From an uncultured Gammaproteobacteria bacterium (GTDB taxonomy: Bacteria; Patescibacteriota; Patescibacteriia; UBA9934; GWF2-40-263): a stretch of DNA of 64,000 nucleotides. A model generated the notes under the pieces. It had not been told where the DNA came from, made no database searches, and saw only the letters and a list, made by a program, of their open reading frames with translations. The stretch covers positions 163,442 through 227,441 of the forward strand of contig CAYOCD010000001.1 in assembly GCA_964402425.1 (NCBI GenBank), in the 5' to 3' direction. Both the position numbers and the translations under genes were made by a program. Within the stretch, counting starts at the first letter, position 1. Each line of letters begins with the position of its first letter. Positions 1 to 10,400 of this stretch are shown here, piece after piece.

Positions 1-1215
1 CTTTGTGATAGAAATAGGCGCCACCGCAACAGACATAGACCCCGCATCATTACGTGCCACCTGAAGCAAATCGCTCACCAAATGATTCAAGTGTTCACTT
101 GCCTGATTGATCGCATCCAAATTATCTCGCATGGATTTTGGAACTTTTTTGACATCGTCTTGAACAAGCTCAAGAAATCCACGAATAGCAAACACAGGAG
201 CTTTCAATTCATGAGCTGCCAAAAAAACAAACTCATCTTTCAATTTGGCGACATCTCGTGCTTTTTCAAGCTCACGCGCTTGCGACTCCTTTAATTGTTG
301 GTTCTTTTGCTTTAGTTTTTTTGTTTCTGTTGAAAGAGCCTTGTTCAACATTTCAATTTTCTCACGTTTATTCACTTCACCATGCACACTCCGAAGAAGC
401 ATGAACACAAAGAACACAACCAAAACGACAGCAAGAAGCCTTAACAACATTTCCGCCAACGAGTTTGAAAGAAAAAATTCAAACAAGAAAAGAATCGTAA
501 CGAGTGTGGAAAAAACCTCCACACTCAAGATTTTTACATTCAACGCATGGTACTTTACCATCGCATACGCAACAAGAAGAGCAAATGGAATAGCAGAAAG
601 AAAAACAATCGGATAGATAGAAATTCCGTAAGCAGGTAAAAATGCCAAAGGACCTATTGAATCCAAAATGAAAAACCCGATAAGAAGAAATTTGATTTGT
701 TGTTTCTTCACCCCTTCTGCCTGTCGATAAAATCGATACAAATTTATAAAATACAAAACGAAATACGAGAGAAAATAGACAAGAAAAAGTGCGTGTAGTG
801 GTTGTGCACGTGTATGAACCCCCCATGCATATTTAAACAAATCCTTTACAAGATAATCCGTTTGCGTGAGAGGAAAAAAACAAAAGGCAAGCACATATCC
901 TATGCGCAAAAGGAGTTTTTGTTTTGTATTTTCAGAATAAACAAGACCGAAATGATAAAGAAAAATAGGGATAAGTACGACACCCCCATAAATAAATCGA
1001 TCCCAAAAAATAGCAGATTGATCATTCGTTGCGTTGAAAAGCTCAAAGGTACCAAACAACCAAACCGTAAGCGCAAGCGAATAGAGAAAAAAGAGAATGG
1101 AAAGTGAAGAAGATGGTTTTTTAATCCAAACAAAAAAACCAAGCGTGATTGTAAATATCGCTCCTAGTAACGGAAGCATTGAATATGCAGATGTAATCAA
1201 CAAAAGATTCATCAT
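1..1215 (-). CDS. Membrane-bound sensor histidine kinase (multi-TM N-terminus + HisKA), 3' end outside window
   Basis: Manual translation from ATG 1215 is open to base 1: hydrophobic TM segments, coiled coil, then H-box KDEFVFLAAHELKAPVFAIRGFLEL. Not in the ORF track because it has no stop in the window. Confidence 0.85.
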   Translation of the reverse strand, partial: MMNLLLITSAYSMLPLLGAIFTITLGFFVWIKKPSSSLSILFFLYSLALTVWLFGTFELFNATNDQSAIFWDRFIYGGVVLIPIFLYHFGLVYSENTKQKLLLRIGYVLAFCFFPLTQTDYLVKDLFKYAWGVHTRAQPLHALFLVYFLSYFVLYFINLYRFYRQAEGVKKQQIKFLLIGFFILDSIGPLAFLPAYGISIYPIVFLSAIPFALLVAYAMVKYHALNVKILSVEVFSTLVTILFLFEFFLSNSLAEMLLRLLAVVLVVFFVFMLLRSVHGEVNKREKIEMLNKALSTETKKLKQKNQQLKESQARELEKARDVAKLKDEFVFLAAHELKAPVFAIRGFLELVQDDVKKVPKSMRDNLDAINQASEHLNHLVSDLLQVARNDAGSMSVAVAPISITK

Positions 1216-1265
1216 GTATTTTAAGTATAACAAAAAAAGAAAGTTGTGAGAACAACTTTCTGAGT

Positions 1266-2336
1266 TCAGATCTTTTTTAAGTGTGACGACCGCGGCGCAA
1301 GCTTGAGACCCATCTGTTCACAATCGTGTCCAATGGACTCTAATGCATTCATTTGAACATTTCCTACTTCAGAATTTGCCCAACCTTGATGCGCATGCGC
1401 CATTGTTCCGCCAGAACATGCGTATGTCACAAACGGTTTGAGACGCATCATGTAAGACATGTCACATGTATCAGGTATGAGCACAAGCCCACCGTCCACA
1501 TGACACAAATCTTTACGTGAGCGCAGAACTCCTTCCGAAAGAGGATCTGGCACGGAAAAATTCAAGACAGCAGCCCCGTGTGGAATGAACGAGATCAACC
1601 CATTCGCTCTCGGCTTGTTTTTTCCCGTTACCCACACACGACAATCTTGCATGTCATGCAACTGCGTCACGTGAATCACGTTCGCCTGAAATTCAAACGG
1701 AAGTTCTTTTTGAATTTCCACAAATCGCTCGCGCGAATTCGTGTAAGCCTTAAAGACAAATCCTTTCTTGGCGAGGTGTAAGATCACCGCACGCCCAATT
1801 TTTGAGGTTGGACCGATCATGGCAATAGGCTTTCGTGCCCCATGCTCCAAATACAGCTCTTCAAGCCGCTTGATCACAAACCAAGCTGTGCATGTATCGC
1901 CATGGATGATGGGAATGTTAACCCCCGATTGCATGTACAGCCACTTCCCTCCCTGCGTAAGGGATTCATCTTTTGTCAAAGCGCCAAGACCGACCACATC
2001 TACACCCAATTCATTTTGGGCAAATAGCGTTGCGGCCAAGATCCGCTGTCGAATTTGCTCATGGCGGTTTTTCAAAAGAAAGTGCCACCCGAAATTATTG
2101 ATGAGAATTGTGTATCCATAGACACGATCATTCACTCGAAACGAGTCAACAACCTTGAACGATTCTTTGCGAAACAAGAAAAAAATACTCACCAGAAGAC
2201 AGATCGGGTAAAGCGGAAACAGAAAGAACGGGAATCCCGACTGCTTATGCAAAAAAGCAAACGCCTTGTGGTTCAATAACCAATTCCAAGGCTCTACGTA
2301 ATGCGCAATAAAGGCATATTTTTTGGTTTGCAACAT
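1266..2336 (-). CDS. CER1/CER3 (WAX2) C-terminal-like NAD(P)-binding acyl-CoA/ACP reductase-like protein
   Basis: Motifs VVGLGALTKDESLTQGG, IIHGDTCTA, GPTSKIGRAVILHL, CRVWVTGK, YACSGGTMAHAHQGW match my recollection of the plant CER3 C-terminal half; GGAGG SD before ATG 2336. Confidence 0.65.
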   Translation of the reverse strand: MLQTKKYAFIAHYVEPWNWLLNHKAFAFLHKQSGFPFFLFPLYPICLLVSIFFLFRKESFKVVDSFRVNDRVYGYTILINNFGWHFLLKNRHEQIRQRILAATLFAQNELGVDVVGLGALTKDESLTQGGKWLYMQSGVNIPIIHGDTCTAWFVIKRLEELYLEHGARKPIAMIGPTSKIGRAVILHLAKKGFVFKAYTNSRERFVEIQKELPFEFQANVIHVTQLHDMQDCRVWVTGKNKPRANGLISFIPHGAAVLNFSVPDPLSEGVLRSRKDLCHVDGGLVLIPDTCDMSYMMRLKPFVTYACSGGTMAHAHQGWANSEVGNVQMNALESIGHDCEQMGLKLAPRSSHLKKI

Positions 2337-2408
2337 GAGTCTTTTCCTCCACAACAACTGTACTCCCTCAGTACAGAGAGCTGTCTCTTCAGAAACAGCT
2401 CTCTGTAC

Positions 2409-2801
2409 TCACGAAACAGTAAGCCCAAGCAAAACCTGAATCTTTTCAATAAAATCCTTTTCCTCTATTCCTTTATGCATGTACTCAATCTTATACGCTT
2501 GTTTTAATGTACGCTCAACATCTAGAGACAAATCTTCTGCCGTCAGCATGGAGATAGGTGTTTCCCCCAACTCACCTTCTTGTCGTAATCGAATCGCTGT
2601 TTTCATGCCATCTTCATCACCCGGCATATGCATATCCATCAAAATCAAATCAGGTTTCATGCGACGAGCCATTTCTCTTCCTTCTACACCATTATGGGCA
2701 TAAAGCGTGTTATATCCCAACTTTGATAAACGCCCACCAAAAAGACGCTGAATGAGCGGATCATCATCAATGAGGAGTATGCATTTGAGTTTTTCAGCCA
2801 T
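2409..2801 (-). CDS. Single-domain response regulator (receiver)
   Basis: ILLIDDD, PDLILMD (phosphoacceptor), MLTA, K motif. Confidence 0.9.
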   Translation of the reverse strand: MAEKLKCILLIDDDPLIQRLFGGRLSKLGYNTLYAHNGVEGREMARRMKPDLILMDMHMPGDEDGMKTAIRLRQEGELGETPISMLTAEDLSLDVERTLKQAYKIEYMHKGIEEKDFIEKIQVLLGLTVS

Positions 2802-2833
2802 ACGAAGAAGAGTTTGAACTTTTTACAAACCAA

Positions 2834-3604
2834 TTATACCTGGAGCAATGCAAAATACCAATGAAACAAAGAGGAACCTGTCAATAGAACAATAACGGTT
2901 CCCGTAACAAGAAAAGTTCCAAATGGCATTCGTGTTTTACGGTTTACTCTCTTAAGAAGAAGCAAACCACCTCCAACAATCGCCCCAATGAAATACGAAA
3001 GAAAAAGAGCAACAAGTCCATTTGTAACCCCAAGTAAACATCCCATCAACACCCCCATACGGATATCTCCCCCACCAACCCATGCACCTTGAGACAAAAG
3101 AAACTGTACCAGAAAAAAACCACCAACAACAACCATGCCAAGCAACATGGATGATAAGGAAATTATCTGGAAACCCGTATTCATCACAAATACAAACACA
3201 ATTGCAGGGATAGTGAATTTGTCTGGAATTAACATGTAACGGAGATCGTACACAAATAAAAGCACGAGTATCGATCCGATCACACAATCCCGAAACAAGA
3301 CAGGAGAGGAAGTTGCACCCTGCAGAAATCGAGTCAGAAAAAGAACAAAAAGAAAACCAATCGCCGTCTCTAAAAGAAGGTACTGCCAATCGATCTTATG
3401 TTTACAATTCCGACACCTTCCACCAAGAAACAAGAAGCTCAAAACAGGAATAAGATCAAACGCACGAATTGTTGTATGACAATGCATACATTTAGATCGT
3501 CCGTACACAACTGTTTCGTGTTCAGGTGCTCGAAAAATAATCACATTTAAAAAACTTCCAACACAGGCCCCAAGAAGAAAACCCAAGAGAAGCAACATAA
3601 GCAC
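2834..3604 (-). CDS. pilD: Prepilin peptidase (A24)
   Basis: GSFLNVIIFR, RSKCMHC...GRCRNC zinc motif, YDLRYMLIP, GGGDIR, MPFGTFL. Confidence 0.92.
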   Translation of the reverse strand: MLMLLLLGFLLGACVGSFLNVIIFRAPEHETVVYGRSKCMHCHTTIRAFDLIPVLSFLFLGGRCRNCKHKIDWQYLLLETAIGFLFVLFLTRFLQGATSSPVLFRDCVIGSILVLLFVYDLRYMLIPDKFTIPAIVFVFVMNTGFQIISLSSMLLGMVVVGGFFLVQFLLSQGAWVGGGDIRMGVLMGCLLGVTNGLVALFLSYFIGAIVGGGLLLLKRVNRKTRMPFGTFLVTGTVIVLLTGSSLFHWYFALLQV

Positions 3605-5023
3605 CTATTCCTTTGCGACCGGCAATTGATGCACAACGGCCTTCACTTCTTTTTCTGAACTCAATTTCTTTTTGACCACCGAAACAATCTTGTTAATATC
3701 AACAATTTCTTGTGCGCCGGATTCCATATCACGAATGATAATTGTTCCGTCCAACACTTCTTTTTGTCCAAGAATGATGGTGTATTGAACCGCGAGTTTA
3801 TTCGCCGCTTCAAGTTGAGCTTTCAAAGCATTCTTTCCAAAAGCTTCCGCAACTGGAATTTGTGCCATACGGAAATCTTCATACAATTTGAGACCAACAC
3901 GACGCGCAGCATCTCCAAGTTGTGCAAAAAAGACTTGTGGTTCAGGACGTTGCGGTGGATTGATTCCCATTTCTCCAAGCGCCTTTGCCACACGATCCAT
4001 TCCGATTGCAAATCCACATGCGGGCGTTGGACGACCGCCGATCAGTTCAACAAGTCCGTTGTAACGTCCGCCGCCACCGAGCGCATTTTGTGCGCGCTCA
4101 CCGTCATCCGTATCAAGAACGAATTCAAATACAGTGTGCGTATAATAATCGAGTCCGCGTACAAGATGTGGATTCAATACGTATGGAACTTGAATTTCCT
4201 CAAGGAACTCGAGCACTTTTGTGAAGTGTTCTTTTGATGCATCATCAAGCCAATCCAAAATCTGAGGCGCTTCTGCAAGCAACTCTTTCATTCCTTCTTC
4301 TTTACTATCAAGTAAACGAAGAGGGCTCTTTTGCAAACGGCGCTTATCATCTTCTGATAATTTGTTGCGATGTGGGCGGAAATAACTTGTGAGCTCTGCC
4401 AAGTATGCCTGGCGAGATTCTGGTGTGCCAATAGAGTTCACCTGAACTTTTACATTGAGTCCAAGATCTTTAAAAATTTGATATCCAAGCACAATGAGTT
4501 GAGCATCCATGATGGGCTCATGTGTTCCAAACACTTCAAATCCCGCTTGATAAAACTGGCGATATCGCCCAGCTTGTGGACGATCGTGACGGAACATTGG
4601 TCCTTCATACCAGAGCTTTACGGGTTGGGGACGATCTAACATTCCATGATTGATATATGCACGGGCAGCTGAAGCGGTTGCTTCAGGACGAAGCGCAACC
4701 ATGCGCTCTGACGGATCCACGAATGCATACATTTCTTTTTCAATAATATCTGTTTGTTTTCCAACAGTACGTTGAAATAAATCTGCACGCTCCAAAACAG
4801 GAAGATCAATACGATCAAACGTATATGCCTCTGCCAAGTTACGAACCGTGTCACGCACAAAATTCCACTTCCCTTGTTCTTCAGGCAAAATATCACGGAA
4901 TCCACGCAAAAGTTCTGGCGGAGCTTTTGCTCCACTTTTCTTTTCTTTTTCTTCTCCTCCTTCTGCTTTCTTTGGAGCAGGTGCCGGCTTTGGAGCTTCT
5001 TTCTTTTTATTGAATGGGGACAT
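3605..5023 (-). CDS. hisS: Histidine--tRNA ligase
   Basis: LRPEATA, RHDRPQAGRYRQFYQ, LVRGLDYYTHTVFE, GGGRYNGL. Confidence 0.97.
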   Translation of the reverse strand: MSPFNKKKEAPKPAPAPKKAEGGEEKEKKSGAKAPPELLRGFRDILPEEQGKWNFVRDTVRNLAEAYTFDRIDLPVLERADLFQRTVGKQTDIIEKEMYAFVDPSERMVALRPEATASAARAYINHGMLDRPQPVKLWYEGPMFRHDRPQAGRYRQFYQAGFEVFGTHEPIMDAQLIVLGYQIFKDLGLNVKVQVNSIGTPESRQAYLAELTSYFRPHRNKLSEDDKRRLQKSPLRLLDSKEEGMKELLAEAPQILDWLDDASKEHFTKVLEFLEEIQVPYVLNPHLVRGLDYYTHTVFEFVLDTDDGERAQNALGGGGRYNGLVELIGGRPTPACGFAIGMDRVAKALGEMGINPPQRPEPQVFFAQLGDAARRVGLKLYEDFRMAQIPVAEAFGKNALKAQLEAANKLAVQYTIILGQKEVLDGTIIIRDMESGAQEIVDINKIVSVVKKKLSSEKEVKAVVHQLPVAKE

Positions 5024-5089
5024 ACAAAAAATAATGATGACGAGAAACAAGTAATAAGAATAAACGTGTAATGCTACAAAAAAACTTTT

Positions 5090-5698
5090 CTACAAATTAA
5101 ACGTTGGATCTGGAAATGTTGAGGCGCGATTAAGAGGCAATCCTCTTACCCAGACACGTCCAATAAACTGCTCTCGTTTTACCGGTCCGAAACTGCGAGA
5201 ATCCATACTTTCTGGACGATTATCACCCATGACCCAATACTCATCCGCCCCGAGCGTAGACTTTTTCATGCCATCTGTCGAGACATCTCCCAAATACGCT
5301 TCTGTCAATAACACTCCGTTTGGATGATCTTCATTATAGATAGTGACGTGTCCCCCACTTACCTCTACAGTCTCTCCGGGGAGTCCGATCACGCGTTTGA
5401 TAAAAAACTCGCTTGGATTACGCGGGTAACGAAATACCACGATCTCTCCACGCTCCGGTGTGCGCAAACGATAGGAAAGTTCATCAATAATCAGATATTC
5501 AGAATCGTAAAAATTTGGTTCCATGCTCGCCCCTTTCACATAAAACGGCTGAATGAGAAAGTAACGAATTGGAATAATAATAGCGCTTGAGATGAGAATA
5601 ATCTGAATCACTTCAACGAAAAATAAAGCAACAGACGATCCAACAGGTCCGAGTTTTTTTAAAAAGATCGGTTCCAATTTTTGAAAGGTTTTTGACAT
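5090..5698 (-). CDS. lepB: Signal peptidase I
   Basis: GASMEP (catalytic Ser), FIKRVIGLPGE (Lys), GDNRPESMDSR. Confidence 0.95.
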   Translation of the reverse strand: MSKTFQKLEPIFLKKLGPVGSSVALFFVEVIQIILISSAIIIPIRYFLIQPFYVKGASMEPNFYDSEYLIIDELSYRLRTPERGEIVVFRYPRNPSEFFIKRVIGLPGETVEVSGGHVTIYNEDHPNGVLLTEAYLGDVSTDGMKKSTLGADEYWVMGDNRPESMDSRSFGPVKREQFIGRVWVRGLPLNRASTFPDPTFNL

Positions 5699-5861
5699 AG
5701 GAAAAGCAGAAAGGGGTGAGTAGAAAGTAGAAAGGGAGAGACAAGGAGGCGGAAAAATAAAAAGGGAATTCCTAAACCCTTTCTATTCTCTACTTTTTCT
5801 CCAGGATATCAAAAAAAAAGACCCTGGACAAGGGTCTCACGTTCTTAATCGCATACTTGTT

Positions 5862-6707
5862 TTACTCAGCAGAAAGAAACTTCGCGAGCTCGTGATCATA
5901 GACGAATTTCCCCATTTCTCCCCCATTTTCAAGGGTACCAAAGAAATTTTGTGCAGGATCCAAGATGATCGGTCCTGTTCCCTCTTGTTCAAATCGTGCC
6001 CAGGCATGGCTAAAAAAGTTCGGAATATAGCAACGACACACAGACATGCTCCCGTGTGTCAAGTCAATTTGAGAAAGAAGCTCAAACATTCCAACAAGGA
6101 AAAGAACCATGTGCCGACACACCCCTGTTTGTGCGATCAAATATGCATCGAGCGAGAGTTCGGCATCTGGTTCAATCTTTGCTTGCCGGAACACATCTGA
6201 TGTTTTGTGTTCGTTGTATGGCAAACATTTTTTTGTGTACTGAAACAAAGCTTCTGGCAACCCAGATTGAAATGTCTGAACCAATCCTTCACGTGTGATG
6301 TCGAGTTGGATATCCCCATTTATAAACCGTGTTCTTATGACACTAAATCGATTTTCAATAAAGGATCCACACAACGCACGCAAAACACGACTTGAAGAAT
6401 CAACAAAAATCGCTTCCCGTGCTCTATGTCCCAAATACACCCCATCAAGAACCCGTGTTCCTGTTCCAATAATATGTCGTCCACGGAATCGACCAAACGG
6501 AGCAAAAGGATCGGATCTGTTTGGAGATTGATAATCCGGATGACCAAGCAATCGTTCAATCGCAATCGCCGTATTTGAAAACCGCGAACGATCAATCCCG
6601 TCACTTGATCGACCCAATCCCGCAAGGGTGTCTGTTATTTCTTGATCAGATTGACGTTGAAAAAGCTCGTCAACCCGTCTTGCGTTGAATAGGCTTTCGA
6701 TTTCCAT
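5862..6707 (-). CDS. Hypothetical protein with transglutaminase/papain-like Cys-His-Asp motif
   Basis: GVCRH...HAW...ILDP spacing; GAGGT SD before ATG 6707. Confidence 0.55.
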   Translation of the reverse strand: MEIESLFNARRVDELFQRQSDQEITDTLAGLGRSSDGIDRSRFSNTAIAIERLLGHPDYQSPNRSDPFAPFGRFRGRHIIGTGTRVLDGVYLGHRAREAIFVDSSSRVLRALCGSFIENRFSVIRTRFINGDIQLDITREGLVQTFQSGLPEALFQYTKKCLPYNEHKTSDVFRQAKIEPDAELSLDAYLIAQTGVCRHMVLFLVGMFELLSQIDLTHGSMSVCRCYIPNFFSHAWARFEQEGTGPIILDPAQNFFGTLENGGEMGKFVYDHELAKFLSAE

Positions 6708-6821
6708 CTCATACCTCACACAAAGAACTAAACGCAATCTATGGGAAGAACCTGTTTGCGTCAAATAAAACAATTCAAGCGCTTGTTTTATGAACACAAA
6801 ATTGATACAATCGCCCTACCT

Positions 6822-8408
6822 ATGGAGCATCCAAAAATCGATTTCCTGAAAGAAAAATACGATCTTAAAAAACCAGACGAAAAACCGTTTCTTTTTTTTC
6901 GCAAGCGCCTGATCGCCTTTTTTTTCGTTTTAGCAACCATTGGGGCTGTATTCTCTTTTCAGGTCCATACAACATCTGATACCAGCGGAAGTCCTACAGA
7001 ACTTTCCCTTTTTTCGATTATCAAAAATTTTATTTTACCGAGCGATGATTTACTCATGGGAGAACAAGAAGATCGGGTCAATTTTTTGTTAACAGGAATC
7101 GGTGGAGAAGGTCATGCGGGTCCACAACTCACAGATACTATTTTATTTGCGAGCTATCGTCCTTCCACAAAAAAACTCGCGTTTCTTTCTCTTCCTCGCG
7201 ACATGACTGTTCAGATCCCCGATCGCGGATATCAAAAAGTCAATCACGTAAACGCTTATGCTGAAACCGAAAAACCTGGCACGGGAGGTGAGGTAACAGC
7301 ACAATTTATCGGCAACACACTCAAACAACCTGTTCATTATTATTTACGCGTTGACTTTAATGGATTTGCTGAATTTATTGACGCCATTGGCGGGGTGGAT
7401 GTCTATGTCGATCACCCATTTACAGATCCAGCCTATCCTATTATCGGAAAAGAAAAAGACACGTGCGGAAACTCCAAAGCATCCATGAATGCCACAGCAG
7501 AAGAACTTTCAAATTCCACATCAGGACCATCTATTCTTCCTCCAGATTACAGTTGTCGATTTACAAATCTTACATTCAAAGAAGGGCTCACACACATGAA
7601 CGGTACAACAGCCCTTGCCTTTGTCCGCTCTCGTCACGGAAACAACGGAGAAGGTTCAGACTTTGCACGTTCACGCAGACAACAAAAAATTATGCTTGCG
7701 GTAAAAGACAAAATCTTTTCCGCTTCTACTTTTTTAAATCCAGTTCGCATCACAGGAATTTTTGACACGCTTCAAAAAAACATCTCCACGAATCTTTCTG
7801 TTTCTCAGCTCATGCGTCTTGGAAAAGAGTTTCGTGATTTACAATCAGAAGAAGTTATTAGTCATGTCATTGACGATTCTCCCAACTCCCCTCTTTACGC
7901 CACAAACTTGAATGGAGCGTATGTCCTTCTTCCAAAGAATGATGACTGGACCACTCTTCAACAAATGGCTCTCTATATTTACACTCCAGAACCAACAACA
8001 ACCCCCAAACCAAAAATCGCAGAAACACCAGCAGCAAAAACAGAACCGGTTGTTCGTGTAGAAATTCAAAATGGCACAGATGTAACAGGTCTTGGTGTTC
8101 GAGCCTCACAGTTACTCACGGCAAATGAAGAGTTTCACGTTGTCAAAGTTGGCAATGCTGTCACGCGCGACTACAACCACACCGTCATTTATGACCTCAC
8201 AAATGGCACAAAAACAGATGAATTAAAGGCTCTTCAAACGTTTTTTCAAGCAGACATCGCCAAAGCTTCCGGATGGATGCAAAACAATGAGGTCGTCCAA
8301 AAACAAGTTGCCGTCACCCCAGATGAAACAAAGCCCCTCACAACGGGTTCAAAGGTTGACTTTTTGGTCATTCTCGGGCAGAGTGCGCGAGATATCGTCA
8401 TGAAATAA
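6822..8408 (+). CDS. LCP (LytR-CpsA-Psr) family protein with C-terminal LytR_C domain
   Basis: N-terminal TM, LTDTI, SLPRD, ALAFVRSRH, DFARSRRQQ; C-terminal VEIQNGT. Confidence 0.92.
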   Translation: MEHPKIDFLKEKYDLKKPDEKPFLFFRKRLIAFFFVLATIGAVFSFQVHTTSDTSGSPTELSLFSIIKNFILPSDDLLMGEQEDRVNFLLTGIGGEGHAGPQLTDTILFASYRPSTKKLAFLSLPRDMTVQIPDRGYQKVNHVNAYAETEKPGTGGEVTAQFIGNTLKQPVHYYLRVDFNGFAEFIDAIGGVDVYVDHPFTDPAYPIIGKEKDTCGNSKASMNATAEELSNSTSGPSILPPDYSCRFTNLTFKEGLTHMNGTTALAFVRSRHGNNGEGSDFARSRRQQKIMLAVKDKIFSASTFLNPVRITGIFDTLQKNISTNLSVSQLMRLGKEFRDLQSEEVISHVIDDSPNSPLYATNLNGAYVLLPKNDDWTTLQQMALYIYTPEPTTTPKPKIAETPAAKTEPVVRVEIQNGTDVTGLGVRASQLLTANEEFHVVKVGNAVTRDYNHTVIYDLTNGTKTDELKALQTFFQADIAKASGWMQNNEVVQKQVAVTPDETKPLTTGSKVDFLVILGQSARDIVMK

Positions 8409-8441
8409 AAGAATGGTAATTCGACTTTTTCACGTTCCCCT

Positions 8442-9809
8442 ATGACCTCCAACAATCTCCCAACCGTCGCGCTCATTGGTCGCACGAACGTTGGAAAATC
8501 CACTCTGTTCAATCGCATGATCGAACAATCAAAAGCCCTGGTCTCTGCAACGGCAGGTACCACACGCGATCGAAACGATGGCGAGTGTTTGTGGCGCGGA
8601 AGAACGATTCGAGTTGTGGATACCGGAGGATTAGATGTCAACAAACAAGACGAAATCGAAAAAAACATTTTGATCCAATCAGAGCTTGCCATGAAAGAGG
8701 CGGACATTATTTTATTTGTTGTCGATCTAAAAAATCCCCCACTCCCTACAGACCTTGAACTCGCAAGCAAACTCTGGAAAACAAAAACACCTATTATCGT
8801 TGTTGGAAACAAAGCAGAAAAAGCCGCGGAACGCCGACGCGCCCACCAACCCGATTGGCGCCTTCGTGGGCTCCCAGCCCCTATCGCCGTCTCTGCAACA
8901 CAAGGCTCTGGTGTTGGAGATCTCCTTGATCTTGTTTATGAAAAACTGACAGAGATCGGCAAACATCCCGTTGACTATAAAGAATTAAACGCAACACGTG
9001 TTGCGGTCATTGGAAAACCAAACGTCGGAAAATCCACTCTGTTAAACGCCCTCGTTGGAACAGATCGATTTATCACGAGCTCCATCGCACACACAACACG
9101 CGAACCAAATGACGTTCTGTTACACATCGGAGACAAAAACTATTTGATTTACGACACGGCCGGAATGCGTAAGCATGCAAAAATCAGCAAAGGTGGTGGA
9201 CTTGAAAAAATGGCCGTTGATAAAAACGAGTGGGTCATTCGTCAATCAGATGTTTCTCTCCTTGTCCTAGACGCAACAGAACCCATCGGTACACAAGAAA
9301 AACACCTCGCAGGAATTTTGGGGGACTCAGGAGCGGGTGTAATTATCATCGTGAACAAATGGGACTTAGTAAAAGACAAAGACACAACCACCATCAATGA
9401 TTACAAAAAATATCTTGCTGGTGAACTCCCATTCATCACATGGGCTCCGGTTATGTTCGTGAGTGCTCTCACAAAACAACGCACAAGCACCATCTTTAAA
9501 ATGATCGATGAAGTAAACCATAACAGAAGCATCGAAATCGACATGAAAGAATTGGACGGTTTCTTACGAGAAGCTCTTCGCACTCACCTTCCCTCTCTTG
9601 GAAAAGGAAAGAATCCTCCAAAAGTTATGGGGCTTAAACAAGTCTCCACAAAACCCCCAAAATTTGATCTCACCTTAAAAGCACAGCGTACAGACGCCCT
9701 TCACCCAAGCTATCTCCGTTTTATTGAGAACCGCTTGCGTGTCTTGCATGATTTTCGTGGAACACCAATCAATATAAAAGTAAGAATTGCAACAGCTGTA
9801 TCAAAATAA
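8442..9809 (+). CDS. der: Ribosome biogenesis GTPase Der
   Basis: Two GTPase domains: GRTNVGKS/DTGG/NKAE and GKPNVGKS/DTAG/NKWD. Confidence 0.95.
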   Translation: MTSNNLPTVALIGRTNVGKSTLFNRMIEQSKALVSATAGTTRDRNDGECLWRGRTIRVVDTGGLDVNKQDEIEKNILIQSELAMKEADIILFVVDLKNPPLPTDLELASKLWKTKTPIIVVGNKAEKAAERRRAHQPDWRLRGLPAPIAVSATQGSGVGDLLDLVYEKLTEIGKHPVDYKELNATRVAVIGKPNVGKSTLLNALVGTDRFITSSIAHTTREPNDVLLHIGDKNYLIYDTAGMRKHAKISKGGGLEKMAVDKNEWVIRQSDVSLLVLDATEPIGTQEKHLAGILGDSGAGVIIIVNKWDLVKDKDTTTINDYKKYLAGELPFITWAPVMFVSALTKQRTSTIFKMIDEVNHNRSIEIDMKELDGFLREALRTHLPSLGKGKNPPKVMGLKQVSTKPPKFDLTLKAQRTDALHPSYLRFIENRLRVLHDFRGTPINIKVRIATAVSK

Positions 9810-9812
9810 TCA

Positions 9813-9843
9813 AAAAACTCGACGCATTCACGTCGAGTTTTTT
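9813..9843 (+). terminator. Intrinsic terminator after der
   Basis: aaaaactcgacg-cattca-cgtcgagtttttt hairpin with T tract. Confidence 0.65.
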
Positions 9844-9875
9844 GTTTTCTTTGGAATATGGCATAATCTTCGTAT

Positions 9876-10400
9876 ATGAAATTGATTGTTGGACTTGGAA
9901 ATCCTGGAAAGAAATATGAACGAACACGTCACAATGTGGGGTTTTTGGTTGTAGAAGAACTTGCAAAACAATTAAACGTCCCCTTTAAAAACAAAACGTC
10001 GTTTGTGGCAGAAGTAGCAGAAGGAGATGGAATAACCCTCATGAAACCACAGACCTTCATGAATGTAAGTGGTCGCGCCGTAAAATCATATCTCACAAAA
10101 CACAAATGCACATCTGAAGATGTTTTAGTTATTTATGACGATGCAGACATACCATTTGGAGAGATCAAATTCAAACAAGGCGGATCTTCTGCGGGACACA
10201 ACGGCATGCAGTCCATTATTGATCAATTTGAAAAAGGAACATCCGTCGCACGCATTCGCATTGGAATTGGTCGTCCAACACACATAGACACACCCCTTGA
10301 TGTGTTCGTCTTACAAAAATGGACAAATGAAGAGGAAAAGAACATCCCCAACATGATCAAAACAACGATTGAAAAAATACATGCCCACATCGGATCTTAA
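9876..10400 (+). CDS. pth: Peptidyl-tRNA hydrolase
   Basis: LIVGLGNPG, TRHNVGF, KPQTFMN, GHNG. Confidence 0.96.
   Translation: MKLIVGLGNPGKKYERTRHNVGFLVVEELAKQLNVPFKNKTSFVAEVAEGDGITLMKPQTFMNVSGRAVKSYLTKHKCTSEDVLVIYDDADIPFGEIKFKQGGSSAGHNGMQSIIDQFEKGTSVARIRIGIGRPTHIDTPLDVFVLQKWTNEEEKNIPNMIKTTIEKIHAHIGS

Noticed and set aside
82-1142. Short ORFs in the provided track
   Set aside because: All overlap the uninterrupted minus-strand kinase frame 1-1215.
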